DNA of 60,049 nucleotides from Hyalangium minutum (lineage in GTDB: Bacteria > Myxococcota > Myxococcia > Myxococcales > Myxococcaceae), in contig NZ_JMCB01000040.1 in assembly GCF_000737315.1 (NCBI RefSeq), positions 1 to 60,049 of the forward strand. The letters are read 5' to 3'. The notes under the pieces are model-generated. The model saw nothing but the letters and a program-made list of their open reading frames with translations, was not told the origin of the DNA and searched no databases. Position numbers and translations under genes: made by a program. Of this stretch, positions 1 through 11,050 are shown one piece after another; within the stretch, counting starts at the first letter, position 1; every line of letters starts with the position of its first letter.

Positions 1-1251
1 AGCCGCCCCCAGCACGGCCGAGGCCGCCCCCACCCCCGCCAGGAAAAGCCCGCCCCGGACCGCACCACGCCCGAGCTCGGCCCGGATGGACTCCCCCAGG
101 TCCAGCTCCTGCGCCGCGGCGTCGAGCGCTGGCAGGCTGGCCACCCGTGGATTTACCGCGCCGACCTCAACGGTGACCCTGGCCTCCCCGGCGGCGAGGT
201 GGTGCGCGTCACCGACGGGCGCGGCTGGTTCATCGGCAAGGCCTTCTATTCGAAGCACTCGAAGATCTCCCTGCGCTGGCTCTCCTACGAGGACATCCCC
301 GTCGACGTGGACTTCTTCCGCCAGCGCCTGGTCTCGGCCGATGCCCTGCGCCGCAAAGCCCTCCCCGGCGAGCGCACCTACCGCGTGGTGCACGGCGAGG
401 CGGACCAGCTCCCCGGGCTCGTGGTGGACCGCTACGGGGACTACCTCAGCGTGCAGTTCCTCGTGCCCGCCATGGAGGCCCGCAAGGAGCTCATCACCGA
501 TCTGCTCACCGAGCTGTTCTCCCCCCGCGCTATCGTCAACCGCTCGGATGTAGGGGTGCGCGCCCTGGAGGGCCTGCAGCCCGAGAAGACCGTGCTGCGC
601 GGCGAGCTGCCCGGCCCCGTCTCCTTCGACGAGGGCCTCGTGCGCATGCGCGCCGATCTGCTCGAGGGCCAGAAGACCGGCGCCTTCCTCGACCAGCGCG
701 AGAACCACGTCATGGCCTCGCAGTACGCCTTCGGCGAGGCGCTGGACTGCTTCTCCTATGTGGGCGGCTTCGCGCTCCAGCTCGCCACCCGCGCCCAGCG
801 CGTCACCGCCGTGGAGATCTCCGAGGCCGCCAGCGCCCAGCTGCGCGACAACGCCGCCGCCAACCGCCTCACCAACCTGGACGTCGTCGTCGCCAACGCC
901 TTCGACTTCCTCCGCGACTCGGTGGACGAGGGCAAGCGCTACGACACCATCGTCCTGGATCCACCCTCGTTCGCGAAGAACAAGGATGCCGTGGCAGCCG
1001 CGCTTCGCGGGTACAAAGAGATCAACCTGCGCGCCATGCAGCTGCTCCGCCCCGGCGGCTACCTCATCTCCGCCAGCTGCACGTACCACGTGGATGAGCA
1101 GGCCTTCGAGGACATGTTGGCCTCCGCTGCGGCCGATGCGCGCCGGCGCGTGCAGATCATCGAGCGCCGGGGTGCGGGCAAGGATCACCCGGTACTCCTG
1201 AATTTGCGGGAGACGCGCTACCTGAAGTGCTTCGTCCTGCGGGTGCTGTGA
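1..1251 (+). CDS. RlmI/RlmK-family SAM-dependent rRNA methyltransferase (5' end lies outside the window)
   Basis: Frame of ORF 199..1251 is open back to base 1 and includes the GHPWIY PUA-region motif; GQKTGAFLDQRENH, LDCFSYVGGF (SAM binding) and IVLDPPSF motifs. Confidence 0.92.
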   Translation, partial: SRPQHGRGRPHPRQEKPAPDRTTPELGPDGLPQVQLLRRGVERWQAGHPWIYRADLNGDPGLPGGEVVRVTDGRGWFIGKAFYSKHSKISLRWLSYEDIPVDVDFFRQRLVSADALRRKALPGERTYRVVHGEADQLPGLVVDRYGDYLSVQFLVPAMEARKELITDLLTELFSPRAIVNRSDVGVRALEGLQPEKTVLRGELPGPVSFDEGLVRMRADLLEGQKTGAFLDQRENHVMASQYAFGEALDCFSYVGGFALQLATRAQRVTAVEISEAASAQLRDNAAANRLTNLDVVVANAFDFLRDSVDEGKRYDTIVLDPPSFAKNKDAVAAALRGYKEINLRAMQLLRPGGYLISASCTYHVDEQAFEDMLASAAADARRRVQIIERRGAGKDHPVLLNLRETRYLKCFVLRVL

Positions 1252-1302
1252 GCCCGCCGCATTCGACCGCGGCCCCCCCGGTGTGAGAAAAAGGGACTGC
1301 GG

Positions 1303-1788
1303 ATGCGAGCGCGCGACTGGGACGATGAGGAGCAGGCCCCTGCCACCTCGGCGATCGCCGAGGCGCGCGCCCTCAGCGAGCTGCGTGCCATCTACCGGCA
1401 GGCGGATGCCGCCTACGCCCCCTTCTCCTGCCCCGCCAGCGGCGAGTGCTGCCAGCTCGCGAAGACTCAGCGCCAGCCGTGGCTTTGGTACCCGGAGTGG
1501 AAGCTGCTCTCCGCTCACCGTCCGCTTCCACCGAAGCGCGCGGATGGGGGCTGCCCGTACCTGGATGCCTCGGGCCTGCGGTGCACCGCCTACGCGGATC
1601 GGCCCTTTGGCTGCCGCACCTTCTTCTGCGAGCGGATCCGGGGCCCCGCTCGCCAGCCCGTGGAGACGGTCGATGCGCTGCTGCGGCGGCTCGAGGCTGT
1701 CTCTCAACGCGTGAGGCCGGGCCTGACAGGGCCGCGGCCCCTACTGGAGTGGCACACCGAGGCCCTCTCCTCGGAGGAGCAATCATGA
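1303..1788 (+). CDS. YkgJ-family cysteine cluster protein
   Basis: CPASGECC ... CPYL ... CTAYADRPFGCR cysteine pattern. Confidence 0.8.
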   Translation: MRARDWDDEEQAPATSAIAEARALSELRAIYRQADAAYAPFSCPASGECCQLAKTQRQPWLWYPEWKLLSAHRPLPPKRADGGCPYLDASGLRCTAYADRPFGCRTFFCERIRGPARQPVETVDALLRRLEAVSQRVRPGLTGPRPLLEWHTEALSSEEQS

Positions 1789-2129
1789 GCCGTCGTTCAT
1801 GGAAGACGTGGGCTGCAGGGGCGTTGCTGGCGCTGCTGGCGGGGTGCGCCAGCGGAGGCTCGAACACAGTAGCTGCGGCCATCATCAACACCACCGTGGC
1901 GGTGGCTGCCTCGGGCGTGTCGCGCTCACAGGGCGGGTGCTTCTCAGCGTGTGCCCCGGGCACCACGTGCGATCCCAACACGGGCTACTGCGTCGCCCTG
2001 CCTTGCCGCGGCCGGTGCAAGGACCATGAGCAGTGCGTGGAGGACGGGTTCAAGAGCCAATGTGTCGCCCTGTCCCTGCCCGGACAGGTGACGGTGGAGC
2101 CGACCAAGGAAGCGAAGACCGACCCGTGA
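1785..2129 (+). CDS. Small Cys-rich lipoprotein
   Basis: ATG at 1785 overlaps upstream stop (ATGA); lipobox LLAGC; eight further Cys in the C-terminal half. Confidence 0.75.
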   Translation: MSRRSWKTWAAGALLALLAGCASGGSNTVAAAIINTTVAVAASGVSRSQGGCFSACAPGTTCDPNTGYCVALPCRGRCKDHEQCVEDGFKSQCVALSLPGQVTVEPTKEAKTDP

Positions 2130-3310
2130 CGCTTCGCTGGCTCGTTGCCCCTCAGGAGTTCAAGGGGACTCTCACCGCCTCCGAGGTGGCCGAGGCTCTC
2201 CAGGCCGGGCTCCAGGAAGCCGCTCCCGAAGTCCTCCTCGATGTCGCGCCGCTCGCGGATGGCGGGCCCGGTACCGTGGACGCGCTGCTCGCGGGAGGCG
2301 CTGGAGAGCAACGGGTCCTCACCGTGCAGGGCCCGCTTGGCGCTCCGGTCCAGGCAGCCTGGGCGCTGCTGGAGTCCGGACGGACGGCGATCATCGAGAT
2401 GGCCGCGGCCTCGGGGCTGTCGCTGCTGCGCCCCGAGGAGCGGGATGCCCGGCGCGCGTCCACGTATGGCACGGGGGAGCTGATCCGCGCGGCGCTGGAT
2501 GCGGGCTGCTCGCGGATCATCGTCGGCATGGGTGGCAGCGCGACGAACGACGGCGGGGCCGGGGCGCTCACGGCGCTGGGCTACTGCTTTCTCGATGCGC
2601 AGGGCCAGCTGCTGCCTCCGGGTGGCGCCGCGCTCCGGCAGATGGCGCGCGTGGACATCACCCAGCGGCACCCCCGGCTCACGGAGGTGGAGCTGCTGGC
2701 GGCCACGGACGTGACGGCCCCGCTGCTGGGCCCCAATGGCGCCTCGCAGCTGTTCGGGCCGCAGAAGGGCGCGGATCCTCAGACGGTGGAGCAGCTGGAG
2801 GAGGCACTGGCCTGGTTCGCGCAGGGGCTCGCGCCCGAGTTCATCCGGGTGCCGGGCGCGGGAGCGGCCGGAGGGCTCGGGTACGGGCTGGCGGTGCTGG
2901 CGGGGGCGAACATCGCCTCCGGGTACCGGCTGGTCGCCCATGGGCTCCGGCTGGAGCGGCGAGTGGCGGTGGCGGACGTGGTGCTCACCGGCGAGGGGCG
3001 CTTCGATCGGCAGACCACCCTGGGCAAGGGGCCGGCCGCCCTGGCGCGCACGGCCAAGGAGCTGGGCAAGCCGGTGGTGCTCTTCGTGGGCTCGACCGTC
3101 CACGAGGAGGGGCTGGACACCACGCTGTTCCAAGAGATCATCGAGCTGGGCAGTCCGCCGTTCGACAAGGAGGCCGCGGTGCGGGCGCTCCGGGAGGCCG
3201 CCGCGCGCTGGGCCTCCACCGCCCGGCACATGAAGCCGCACGACGAACGGGATCGCGGCCACGACCGGGAAGCCGGGGACGAGCACCTGGGCTCTGGCGG
3301 TTCGATGTAG
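2126..3310 (+). CDS. glxK: Glycerate kinase (GlxK/GarK family)
   Basis: APQEFKGTL, PLADGGPGT, GGSATNDGG, PGAGAAGG, TGEGRFDRQT motifs; GTG at 2126 overlaps upstream stop (GTGA). Confidence 0.9.
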   Translation: MTLRWLVAPQEFKGTLTASEVAEALQAGLQEAAPEVLLDVAPLADGGPGTVDALLAGGAGEQRVLTVQGPLGAPVQAAWALLESGRTAIIEMAAASGLSLLRPEERDARRASTYGTGELIRAALDAGCSRIIVGMGGSATNDGGAGALTALGYCFLDAQGQLLPPGGAALRQMARVDITQRHPRLTEVELLAATDVTAPLLGPNGASQLFGPQKGADPQTVEQLEEALAWFAQGLAPEFIRVPGAGAAGGLGYGLAVLAGANIASGYRLVAHGLRLERRVAVADVVLTGEGRFDRQTTLGKGPAALARTAKELGKPVVLFVGSTVHEEGLDTTLFQEIIELGSPPFDKEAAVRALREAAARWASTARHMKPHDERDRGHDREAGDEHLGSGGSM

Positions 3311-3325
3311 CGAGAGGACCAGGCC

Positions 3326-4912
3326 TCAGGGGCTGGCACCACCGTTCGCGGCGTCGCGCAGCTGGGCCAGCCGCTCCCGCAAGAGAGGCTCGCTGGGGTA
3401 CCAGCGCAGCAGGGACTGGTAGGCACGGACCGCCTCCTCGGGCCGTCCCAGGCGCTCCAGCGCAAGCCCGAGGTTGAAGCCCGCCTCCAGGTAGTCCGGC
3501 TTGCGCTCCACGGCGAGCCGCCACGCCTCCACGGCCCCTGCATCGTCCCCGAGCCGGGCTCGGCGTCCACCCACCGCGTACTGAAGCTCAGCCTCGAAGT
3601 TCACGGAGTCCACCGCGAGCCGCACGGGCCACAGAGAGAGCCCGAGCACCGCCAGCGCCACCCCCACGGGCACAGCGCGCGCAGCCCCGCGCGACTCCCA
3701 CAGCACGAGGAGCCCCAGCGCCGCGAGCACGCACAGCATCGGCGCCAGTGGCGCGCGGTAGCGGCCGGAGACGAAGAAGACAATGGACGGAGCCGCCAGC
3801 ATGAGCGCGGTCCCCGCCACGGTGAGCGCTCTGCGGGCCTGCTCGGCGCCCTCCTTCCGCTTGCGCCAGAGCGCCACGCCGCCCACCGCCGCGAGCGGCC
3901 ACAGCAGCGCATACGGCAGCGCCACGCCCCCAGGCCTCGCGGTCAGCGCCCAGAGCACCGGGGACTGGGAGCGCACGACATAGAGGTCCTCATTGCGAGG
4001 CAGCTCGCGGGCCACGAGCAGCAGCCGGGCCTTCCATATAAGGTTGCTCACGCAGCGGAGAGGCTGTTCGCGGCAGAAGACGAACACCTTCCGCGTGAAG
4101 TAGCGATCCTGGGCGCCGGGCGTATGGAAGCCCTGGCGCGAGGGCTCATCCACCAGCGCCTCCCAGGCCGCACCCGGACGGATGGCCATGCTCCGGTCCA
4201 CGTCCGCGTTGTTGCCCAGCCAGAGGTTGATGCCTCCATTGGCGGAGATGAGCAGCCACTCTCCCGTGCGGGAGTGGTTGAAGGCCGTGGCCCAGAGCAC
4301 CGGGGCGGCACAGGCCACGACACAGAGCGCGGCTCGGATCGGCCGGCTCCGCGCCACCGCCCAGCCCAGCGGAAGCAGGAGCAGCAGCAGCGGCGCCACC
4401 GCGAGCGCCCCAAGGCCAATGCACGCCCCACACGCCAGCGCCATCCACCCGGAGGGAGGCTCGCGCACGGCGAGCCAGAGCGCCGCGGCGCCCAGGAACG
4501 TGCCGAGCGAGGTGGACAGCAGCTCCCCGTCATAGAAGACGAGCGGCCCATGCAGCGCCACCAGCAGCCCCGCGATCAGCTCCACCGCCGGGCGGCCCGA
4601 GAGGCGCCATGCCACCCTCGCGGCGAGCACGGCGGTGAGAGAGCCCAGCACCGCCTGCAGCAGCCTCGGCCACCACAAGCTGTGCCCACCGAGCCAGTAC
4701 AGGGCGCCCAGCAGCATCGGGTACAGCGGCGGCTGCCAGAAGGGCCCCTCGGGAAAGCCCTGCCCGCGCGCCAGCTGCTCGCCCAGGAAGTCGTAGTAGT
4801 CCGCGTCGATCAGCGGCGCTTCGAAGGCCGGGCCGTGCGCGGTGAGCAGGTACGCCCCGCGCACGCAGAGCGCCACAGCCAGCACGATCCCCCAGCGAGG
4901 AACCTGGCTCAC
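3326..4912 (-). CDS. GT39/ArnT-like membrane glycosyltransferase with C-terminal TPR
   Basis: DADYY, WQPPLYP, many TM segments, NGGINLWLGNN, C-terminal TPR-like AGFNLGLALERLGRPEEA. Confidence 0.75.
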   Translation of the reverse strand: MSQVPRWGIVLAVALCVRGAYLLTAHGPAFEAPLIDADYYDFLGEQLARGQGFPEGPFWQPPLYPMLLGALYWLGGHSLWWPRLLQAVLGSLTAVLAARVAWRLSGRPAVELIAGLLVALHGPLVFYDGELLSTSLGTFLGAAALWLAVREPPSGWMALACGACIGLGALAVAPLLLLLLPLGWAVARSRPIRAALCVVACAAPVLWATAFNHSRTGEWLLISANGGINLWLGNNADVDRSMAIRPGAAWEALVDEPSRQGFHTPGAQDRYFTRKVFVFCREQPLRCVSNLIWKARLLLVARELPRNEDLYVVRSQSPVLWALTARPGGVALPYALLWPLAAVGGVALWRKRKEGAEQARRALTVAGTALMLAAPSIVFFVSGRYRAPLAPMLCVLAALGLLVLWESRGAARAVPVGVALAVLGLSLWPVRLAVDSVNFEAELQYAVGGRRARLGDDAGAVEAWRLAVERKPDYLEAGFNLGLALERLGRPEEAVRAYQSLLRWYPSEPLLRERLAQLRDAANGGASP

Positions 4913-5880
4913 ACGTCGAGGGGATCCGTGGTCCGCGCCACGCGCATGCCCGCCTGCTGGAACTCGCGGACCGCCTCATCCGCCACGCGCGGGAAGTCGA
5001 GCGCGGCCGGCAGCGGATCCAGCGGCGGCGCGGGCACCGGGCTCATGGCGTCCTCGAGGATGACGACGCGGCCCATCTTCGAGCGATCCGTGCGCTCGAT
5101 GTGCTGGCGCAGGTCCCTCAGCGTGGACAGCACGCAGTGGGACTTGGCCTGCCCGAACACGTACACACGATCAAAGGACATGAGGTGGTCGAAGAGGCGG
5201 GTGTTGAACTCACCGACCTTCTGGCCTCGCACCTCGGTCACCTCGGGCGAGAGCACGGAGTAGTTCTCCGTGAGCGGGTGCTCGCCCTTGAGCTCGAACC
5301 AGGTGGGCGTGTCGCGCACGAGCGCGTGGAACAAGCTGGCCTCGTACATGGCGGGCACCAACGAGTGGCTCAGGCCTCCGAGCAGCGCGTGGAACGGCCA
5401 CACGGTGAGCACGTACTTGCCGCTGGTCTCGAGCCGCTCGCAGTAGGCGAGGCTCTCCTCCGGGTGGCGCGTGGGGCGCCAGCGGCCCTGGCGGATGTCA
5501 TCGGCGGTGATGACCGTGAGCGGCGGAGGCGGCTGCCCGCCCGCGTCCTGCCACCACGAGGGGTGGAAGATCTGGAACACCCGGTGGGTATCCAGCGAGA
5601 ACACGAGCTCGGTGACGCGCCCCAGGTTCGCGTAGAGCCAGCGAAGGGTGCGCTGGGTGTCCTCCACGGCTCCGGGGACGAAGAGGCTGGCGCCGGGGGT
5701 GCAGAAAGCCACCTGTACGTCGATGCCGAAGGCGGCGATGCGGACCTTGTCCTCGCGGGCGGGGCGGATGCGGTTCGCTTCGGCATAGAGCCGGGCCTCC
5801 TTGGCCACGTCAGCGGCACGTTCGAGGTAGAGCTGCCCCGCGCGAGCGTCCTCATGAAAGCGGGGAATGGGCAGGGACAT
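4909..5880 (-). CDS. Nicotinamidase / isochorismatase-family hydrolase
   Basis: IDVQVAFC, SLDTH, VWPFHA, GQAKSHCV cysteine-hydrolase motifs. Confidence 0.8.
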   Translation of the reverse strand: MSLPIPRFHEDARAGQLYLERAADVAKEARLYAEANRIRPAREDKVRIAAFGIDVQVAFCTPGASLFVPGAVEDTQRTLRWLYANLGRVTELVFSLDTHRVFQIFHPSWWQDAGGQPPPPLTVITADDIRQGRWRPTRHPEESLAYCERLETSGKYVLTVWPFHALLGGLSHSLVPAMYEASLFHALVRDTPTWFELKGEHPLTENYSVLSPEVTEVRGQKVGEFNTRLFDHLMSFDRVYVFGQAKSHCVLSTLRDLRQHIERTDRSKMGRVVILEDAMSPVPAPPLDPLPAALDFPRVADEAVREFQQAGMRVARTTDPLDV

Positions 5881-5943
5881 GGCGTTCTCCGAAGGTGGCT
5901 TCCCAAGCGGGCGTTCACTCCATCATACCGGGCCAGGTGGCCA

Positions 5944-8637
5944 CTACCCGGGGGAAGCCTGCAGAAAGGCCTGAAGCGCCGCCAGCACCTGCCCCAGCTC
6001 CTGCTCCACCGCGGGAGTCCCTGACTTGACGGCGGGCGCGTCTCCCTCCCTCGAGGCCGCCTCCAGCGTCCGGGAGTGGTCCCTCAGGGCCTCGGCGCCA
6101 ACGCTGGCCGCCAAGCTCTTCAAGGTGTGGATCGCCCGGGTGGCCGTCTCACGGTCCCCCGCCGCCACCGCTGCCTGGAAGCGCTTCCAGCAGACCTGCG
6201 CATCCACCAGGAACAGCCCCACCACCCGCCGGTACAGGGCCATGTCCCCGTCCAGGTTGGCCAGCGCGTCGTCCAGGTTCACATGCCGCGGATCCGGGCG
6301 GTTCATCGTGCGAGACTCCTCGGCAGGGGATGGCTCCCGCGGCGCCTCGCCTCGCGAGGGCTGCGCGAGCCACCTCGCCAGCGTCTGGTAGAGCCGGCTG
6401 GCATCGATCGGCTTGCTCAGGTGATCGTTCATGCCCGCGTCCAAGCTGCGCTGGCGATCGCCCGCCAGCGCATTGGCCGTCATGGCGATGATGGGCAACT
6501 GGGAGCCCTGGGGCATCGCGCGGATGCTCCGCGTGGCCTCGTATCCATCCATCTCCGGCATCTGGCAGTCCATCAACACCGCGTCGTAACGGCCCTGAGC
6601 CACACGCTCCAGGGCCTCAGCGCCATTTTCCGCCACCACCACCTCCAGCCCCGCCTTCCTCAGGAAGTGCAGCGCCACCTCCTGGTTCAGCGGGTTGTCC
6701 TCCACCAGCAGGATCCTCGCCCCCCGCGGGAGCGAGGGCTCCGGCTCTCCTCTGGGGACTTCGTTGCCGGAGACCCGGGCCAGGGGCAGCTCGAACCAGA
6801 AGCAGCTGCCCCTCCCAGACGCGCTCTCCGCGCCGATGCGGCCCCCCATCATCTCCACCAGCCGCTTGCTGATGGCCAACCCCAGCCCCGTGCCTCCGTA
6901 GCGGCGCGTCACCGAGCTGTCCGTCTGAAAGAAGGACTGGAAGAGGCGCGGCAGGTGCTCGGCCGCGATGCCGATGCCCGTGTCCTTCACGGTGAACCGG
7001 CAGACCACCCGGTCTCCCTCGGTAGACACCGGCTGCCCTCGCACCACCACCTGGCCGTAGTCGGTGAACTTCAGCGCGTTGCTGATCAAGTTCTGCAGCA
7101 CCTGCCGCAGCCGCAGCGGGTCTCCCGACAGGGCATTCGGGAGCTCAGGAGACATCTCGAAGCGCAGCTCCAGCCCCTTGTCTCGCGCCGAGCTGGCAAA
7201 CACGTCCGCCAGCTCGGCGGCGAGCTCACTCAAGGACAGCGGCACGCTCTCCAGCTCCAGCTTGCCTGCCTCGATCTTCGAGAAGTCCAGGATGTCGTTG
7301 ATGATCCCCAGCAGCGACTGCGCCGAGCGCCGCGCCTTCAGGATGAAGTCCCGCCGCTCCTGGGGAGACTCCGCCTCCAGCGCCAGCTGCGTCATCCCCA
7401 GGATGGCGTTCATCGGCGTGCGGATCTCGTGGCTCATGTTCGCCAGGAACTCGCCCTTGGACCGGTTGGCGCTCTCGGCCGCCTCCTTCGCCTGCCTCAG
7501 CTCCTCCTCCGAGCGCCGCCGCGCGTTCAGGTTGTCCAGGAACGCGTTGAACCAGCTCACCATCTCCGAGATCTCATCCTCCGTGGGCGCCGGTGACAGC
7601 GGCCGGACCCGGTCCAGACGGTCCTCCTGAATGTCCTGGAAGCCCCCGGAGATGGCGCGGATGGGCTCCACCACCCGCCGCGAGTAGCGCACCGCCACCG
7701 CGCCAATCGCGGCGAAGCACGCCACCAGGACGGCCCACCACGCGTTGCCAATCTTCGCCATGGGCGCTGTCAGCGTGGCGTGCGGCACGATGCTGATCAC
7801 CTGCCAGTTCAGCTCCTCCACACGCAGGTGGTTGAGCAGCACCTCCTGCCCTCCCAGCTCCAGGGCCACGGTGCCGCTCGCCCCCGCCAGCAGCCTCTGG
7901 AACTCGAGCAGCAGGGGTTCACCGATCAGGCTCTTGTCCGGGTGGAACAGCAGGCGCCCCTCGTTGTCGGCGACCATCAGGTAGCTGCCGACCCCCAGGT
8001 CCAGCCCCAGGAAGTGCTCGTACAGGTGCGAGATGGACGAGTTGATGACGACGATGCCCACCGGCTCGGGCTCCAGGTGCGCCGGATCCACCCGCCGGAT
8101 CAACCGCGTGGCCACCAGCACCTTGCGGTGGGCCGAGGCCGCGTTCACGTTGTCCTTCACCCCGTGCCAGACGATGGACTGCTTCGAGGCCAGCGTCGCC
8201 GCGTACAGCCGCTTGCTCAGCTCCGTGAGCACCGTGGAGGTGTCCAGCGTATCTCCCACGTGGAAGTGCTGGCCCTGCGGGGTGAACAGATCGATGGACA
8301 CCAGCCCCTTGAGGCTGCTGTAGCCGCTCAGGATGTAGCCCACCTTCGCTTGCGTCACCAATGCCGAATAGCTGTCGTTCACCTCGGCCGAGGCCAGCGC
8401 GTTGCCGATGTCCTCCACGCCCGCGATGTTGGTGGCCAGACTCGCCAGCTGCTCCGACTGCAGCAGCAGGTAGTCGCGCTGGTCCGCCAGCAGCCGCGCG
8501 TTGGACTCGCTGGCCAGCTGGAGCATGGCCCGCTGCGCCAGCTCGTAGGACGTCACGCCGAAGATGAGCAACGGCGCCACGCTCACGGCCAGCAGGTAGC
8601 CGATCAGCTTGAAGGTGATGGAGGAGCGGAGCGCCAC
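5944..8637 (-). CDS. Hybrid sensor histidine kinase (periplasmic Cache-like, HAMP, HisKA, HATPase, REC, HPt)
   Basis: Two TM segments; [14 protein letters not shown]; GGTGLGL; [11 protein letters not shown]; HTLKS HPt motif. Confidence 0.93.
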   Translation of the reverse strand: MALRSSITFKLIGYLLAVSVAPLLIFGVTSYELAQRAMLQLASESNARLLADQRDYLLLQSEQLASLATNIAGVEDIGNALASAEVNDSYSALVTQAKVGYILSGYSSLKGLVSIDLFTPQGQHFHVGDTLDTSTVLTELSKRLYAATLASKQSIVWHGVKDNVNAASAHRKVLVATRLIRRVDPAHLEPEPVGIVVINSSISHLYEHFLGLDLGVGSYLMVADNEGRLLFHPDKSLIGEPLLLEFQRLLAGASGTVALELGGQEVLLNHLRVEELNWQVISIVPHATLTAPMAKIGNAWWAVLVACFAAIGAVAVRYSRRVVEPIRAISGGFQDIQEDRLDRVRPLSPAPTEDEISEMVSWFNAFLDNLNARRRSEEELRQAKEAAESANRSKGEFLANMSHEIRTPMNAILGMTQLALEAESPQERRDFILKARRSAQSLLGIINDILDFSKIEAGKLELESVPLSLSELAAELADVFASSARDKGLELRFEMSPELPNALSGDPLRLRQVLQNLISNALKFTDYGQVVVRGQPVSTEGDRVVCRFTVKDTGIGIAAEHLPRLFQSFFQTDSSVTRRYGGTGLGLAISKRLVEMMGGRIGAESASGRGSCFWFELPLARVSGNEVPRGEPEPSLPRGARILLVEDNPLNQEVALHFLRKAGLEVVVAENGAEALERVAQGRYDAVLMDCQMPEMDGYEATRSIRAMPQGSQLPIIAMTANALAGDRQRSLDAGMNDHLSKPIDASRLYQTLARWLAQPSRGEAPREPSPAEESRTMNRPDPRHVNLDDALANLDGDMALYRRVVGLFLVDAQVCWKRFQAAVAAGDRETATRAIHTLKSLAASVGAEALRDHSRTLEAASREGDAPAVKSGTPAVEQELGQVLAALQAFLQASPG

Positions 8638-8654
8638 AGGGAGCCGGGACAGGG

Positions 8655-9650
8655 CTACTTCACCGCCTCCACCGTCACGAGCCGCGTATCGATGAGCGTC
8701 ACTTCGGGCAGCGACTCGCCCTCGAGTGCCCGGTGGGCCAGGAGGATGCCCCGATAGCCCTGCTCGGCGGCCTGCTGGTCCACCGTCACCGCCAGCGTCC
8801 CCGCCTTCACCGCCGCGCGCGCCTCGTCGAGCGCGTCATACGCCGCCACCTTCACGCCCTGCTTGCCGGCCTCCTTCAGGTACTTGAGCGCCCCCAGCGC
8901 CATCATGTCGTTGGCGCAGAACACCAGCGTGATGTCCGGGTGGGCCATGAACAGCTTCCGGGACACCTCATAGCCCTCGTCGATCTTCCAGTTCGCCGTC
9001 TCCATCGCGACGATGCGAATCAGCGGGTTCTCCTTGAACGCCCGCTCCGCGCCCTCCTTGCGCTGGCGTGCGTTGTCCGCGCTGCGAATGCCCTCGAGGA
9101 TGACCGCCTGCGTGGGCTTGCTCACCTGCCGCGCGATGAACCGCGCCGACTCGTACGCCGCCTTCGCGTTGTCCACGCTGACGAAGGGGACCCTGATCAG
9201 CCCGTGCTTCTTCAGCGCCTCGGGATCCAGCCGGTTGTCGATGTTGATGATGGGAATCCCCGCGTCCTGCGCGGCCTTCAGCACTGGCACCAGCCGCTGC
9301 GAGTCTCCTGGCGCGATGACGATGGCCTCCACCTTCATCCGGATCAGCTCCTCGACGATCTGGATCTGCTGCTCGATGGAGGTCTCCTGCGAGGCCGTCT
9401 TCACCAGCAGCTCGAGGCCCAGCTCCTTCTCCGCCCTGCGGGCGCCGCGCTCCATCTCGACGAAGAACGGGTTGGTGAGCGTCTTCATCACCAGCGCCAC
9501 CTTCCGGACCGTGGGCGCGGGCGTGGGCGTGGCTTCAACGGCCTTCGAGGGGGCGGCGACCCCCTGCACCGCCAGCTTGCCTGAGTCGCTGCACGCCGCC
9601 AGCCCCAGTCCCAGGGCCAGGAGCCACCACACAAGTCGCGGGAAACGCAA
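8655..9650 (-). CDS. RbsB-like sugar-binding periplasmic lipoprotein
   Basis: KTLTNPFF, FCANDMMALGA, TVDQQ motifs; lipobox LAAC; TTG start at 9650 preceded by GAGGAG (ORF track extends to 9746). Confidence 0.88.
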   Translation of the reverse strand: MRFPRLVWWLLALGLGLAACSDSGKLAVQGVAAPSKAVEATPTPAPTVRKVALVMKTLTNPFFVEMERGARRAEKELGLELLVKTASQETSIEQQIQIVEELIRMKVEAIVIAPGDSQRLVPVLKAAQDAGIPIINIDNRLDPEALKKHGLIRVPFVSVDNAKAAYESARFIARQVSKPTQAVILEGIRSADNARQRKEGAERAFKENPLIRIVAMETANWKIDEGYEVSRKLFMAHPDITLVFCANDMMALGALKYLKEAGKQGVKVAAYDALDEARAAVKAGTLAVTVDQQAAEQGYRGILLAHRALEGESLPEVTLIDTRLVTVEAVK

Positions 9651-9823
9651 GGCGGTCTCTCCTCGAAGACGCGGGCACAGGGGCGCTGACCCGCGAGTGA
9701 CGATTCTACGCAACCTTTCCAGAGAACCGGTAAGGCATACCCTCACGGGTAGGTTTCACTTCTCGTCTTGATACGGCCTAGAGGGAAGAAGCGCCTTCCT
9801 TGGGACTGCTATAATCCAGGGAA

Positions 9824-11014
9824 ATGGCTTCAAAGCTGCTCTCCTCTGAGTCCTCTGTGAGCCGCTCCATGTGCGAAACGCCGCGAGTGCTCGTCGTGGA
9901 TGACGACACCCTCAGCCGCACCACGGCCGAGGCCCTGCTGCAACCCATGGACTACCGCCTCCGTGGCTGCGCGAGCGGAGAGGAGGCCTTGGAGGCGGTG
10001 GAGGAGGAAGTCCCGGATCTGGTGCTGCTGGACGTCCTGATGCCCGGGATGGACGGCTTCGAGGTGTGCCGCCGCCTCCGGGAGCGCCTGCACCCGGACT
10101 ACGTTCCCGTCATCCTCGTCACGGCGATGGATGATCGGAGAGACCTCGTACAAGGGCTGGAAGTCGGAGCGGACGACTTCCTGCGCAAGCCCGTGCATGG
10201 CGCCGAGCTGAGGGCGCGCGTGTCCAACCTGCTCAAGGTGCGCGCCTACCACCGGCTCCTGGCCTCCGAGCGGGACCACGCGCTCGCCACGGTGGAGCAG
10301 CTGCGCCAGCAGGTGCTGCGGGTGGACCGGCTGGCCATGCTGGGCACCTTCGCCGCGGGCGTCAGCCACGAGCTGAACAACATCGCCCACGTGCTGCGCA
10401 GCGCCCTCGAGCTGTCCAGGCCCGGCATCACGCCGCCTCCCGTGGGAGGAGAGGAGCTGAATCCCCGGGAGCTGTTCACCCACGTGTCCAACCACGTCAC
10501 GGAGCTGTCGCGCACCCTGCTGCGCATCGCCCGTCCCGACGAGGGTCCCGTCCCCGAGGCCAACCTCTGCCGCGTGTTGGAGGAAGTCGATCAGATGCTG
10601 CGGCTCACGGGGCGCACCCGCCACGCCCATGTCTCCCTGGTGCTGTCGCGAGAGGACTGTCGCATCCGCGGCAACCCCGTGCATGCGCAGCAGGTGTTCC
10701 TCAACCTGCTCGGCAACGCCGCGGACGCGGTGACGGCCGTGAACGGGCCCACCATCGAGGCCGGCGTGCAGCGCAAGGTGGACGGGCGCATCGAGGCCTG
10801 GGTGAAGGACAACGGCCCGGGCATGACGCAGGAGGTGCTGGCCCGCATCTTCGAGCCCTTCTTCACCACCAAGCCCCCCGGCTCCGGCACCGGCCTGGGG
10901 CTGCCTGTCGTCAGGCAACTGGTGGAGTCCTGGGGCGGGCACCTCCAGGTGGAGAGCCAGCCCGGGAGCGGCACCCGGATGGTGCTCGATCTCCCAGCGG
11001 CTCTCACGCCCTGA
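9824..11014 (+). CDS. Cytoplasmic response regulator-histidine kinase hybrid (REC-HisKA-HATPase)
   Basis: VLVVDDD, LLDVLMPGMDG, KP; SHELNN; NAADA, FEPFFTTK, GTGLGL; true start may be ATG at 9869. Confidence 0.9.
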   Translation: MASKLLSSESSVSRSMCETPRVLVVDDDTLSRTTAEALLQPMDYRLRGCASGEEALEAVEEEVPDLVLLDVLMPGMDGFEVCRRLRERLHPDYVPVILVTAMDDRRDLVQGLEVGADDFLRKPVHGAELRARVSNLLKVRAYHRLLASERDHALATVEQLRQQVLRVDRLAMLGTFAAGVSHELNNIAHVLRSALELSRPGITPPPVGGEELNPRELFTHVSNHVTELSRTLLRIARPDEGPVPEANLCRVLEEVDQMLRLTGRTRHAHVSLVLSREDCRIRGNPVHAQQVFLNLLGNAADAVTAVNGPTIEAGVQRKVDGRIEAWVKDNGPGMTQEVLARIFEPFFTTKPPGSGTGLGLPVVRQLVESWGGHLQVESQPGSGTRMVLDLPAALTP

Positions 11015-11050
11015 GCCCGCCCCTCGCCTCGGAGGCGGGCCCGCGAAGGC

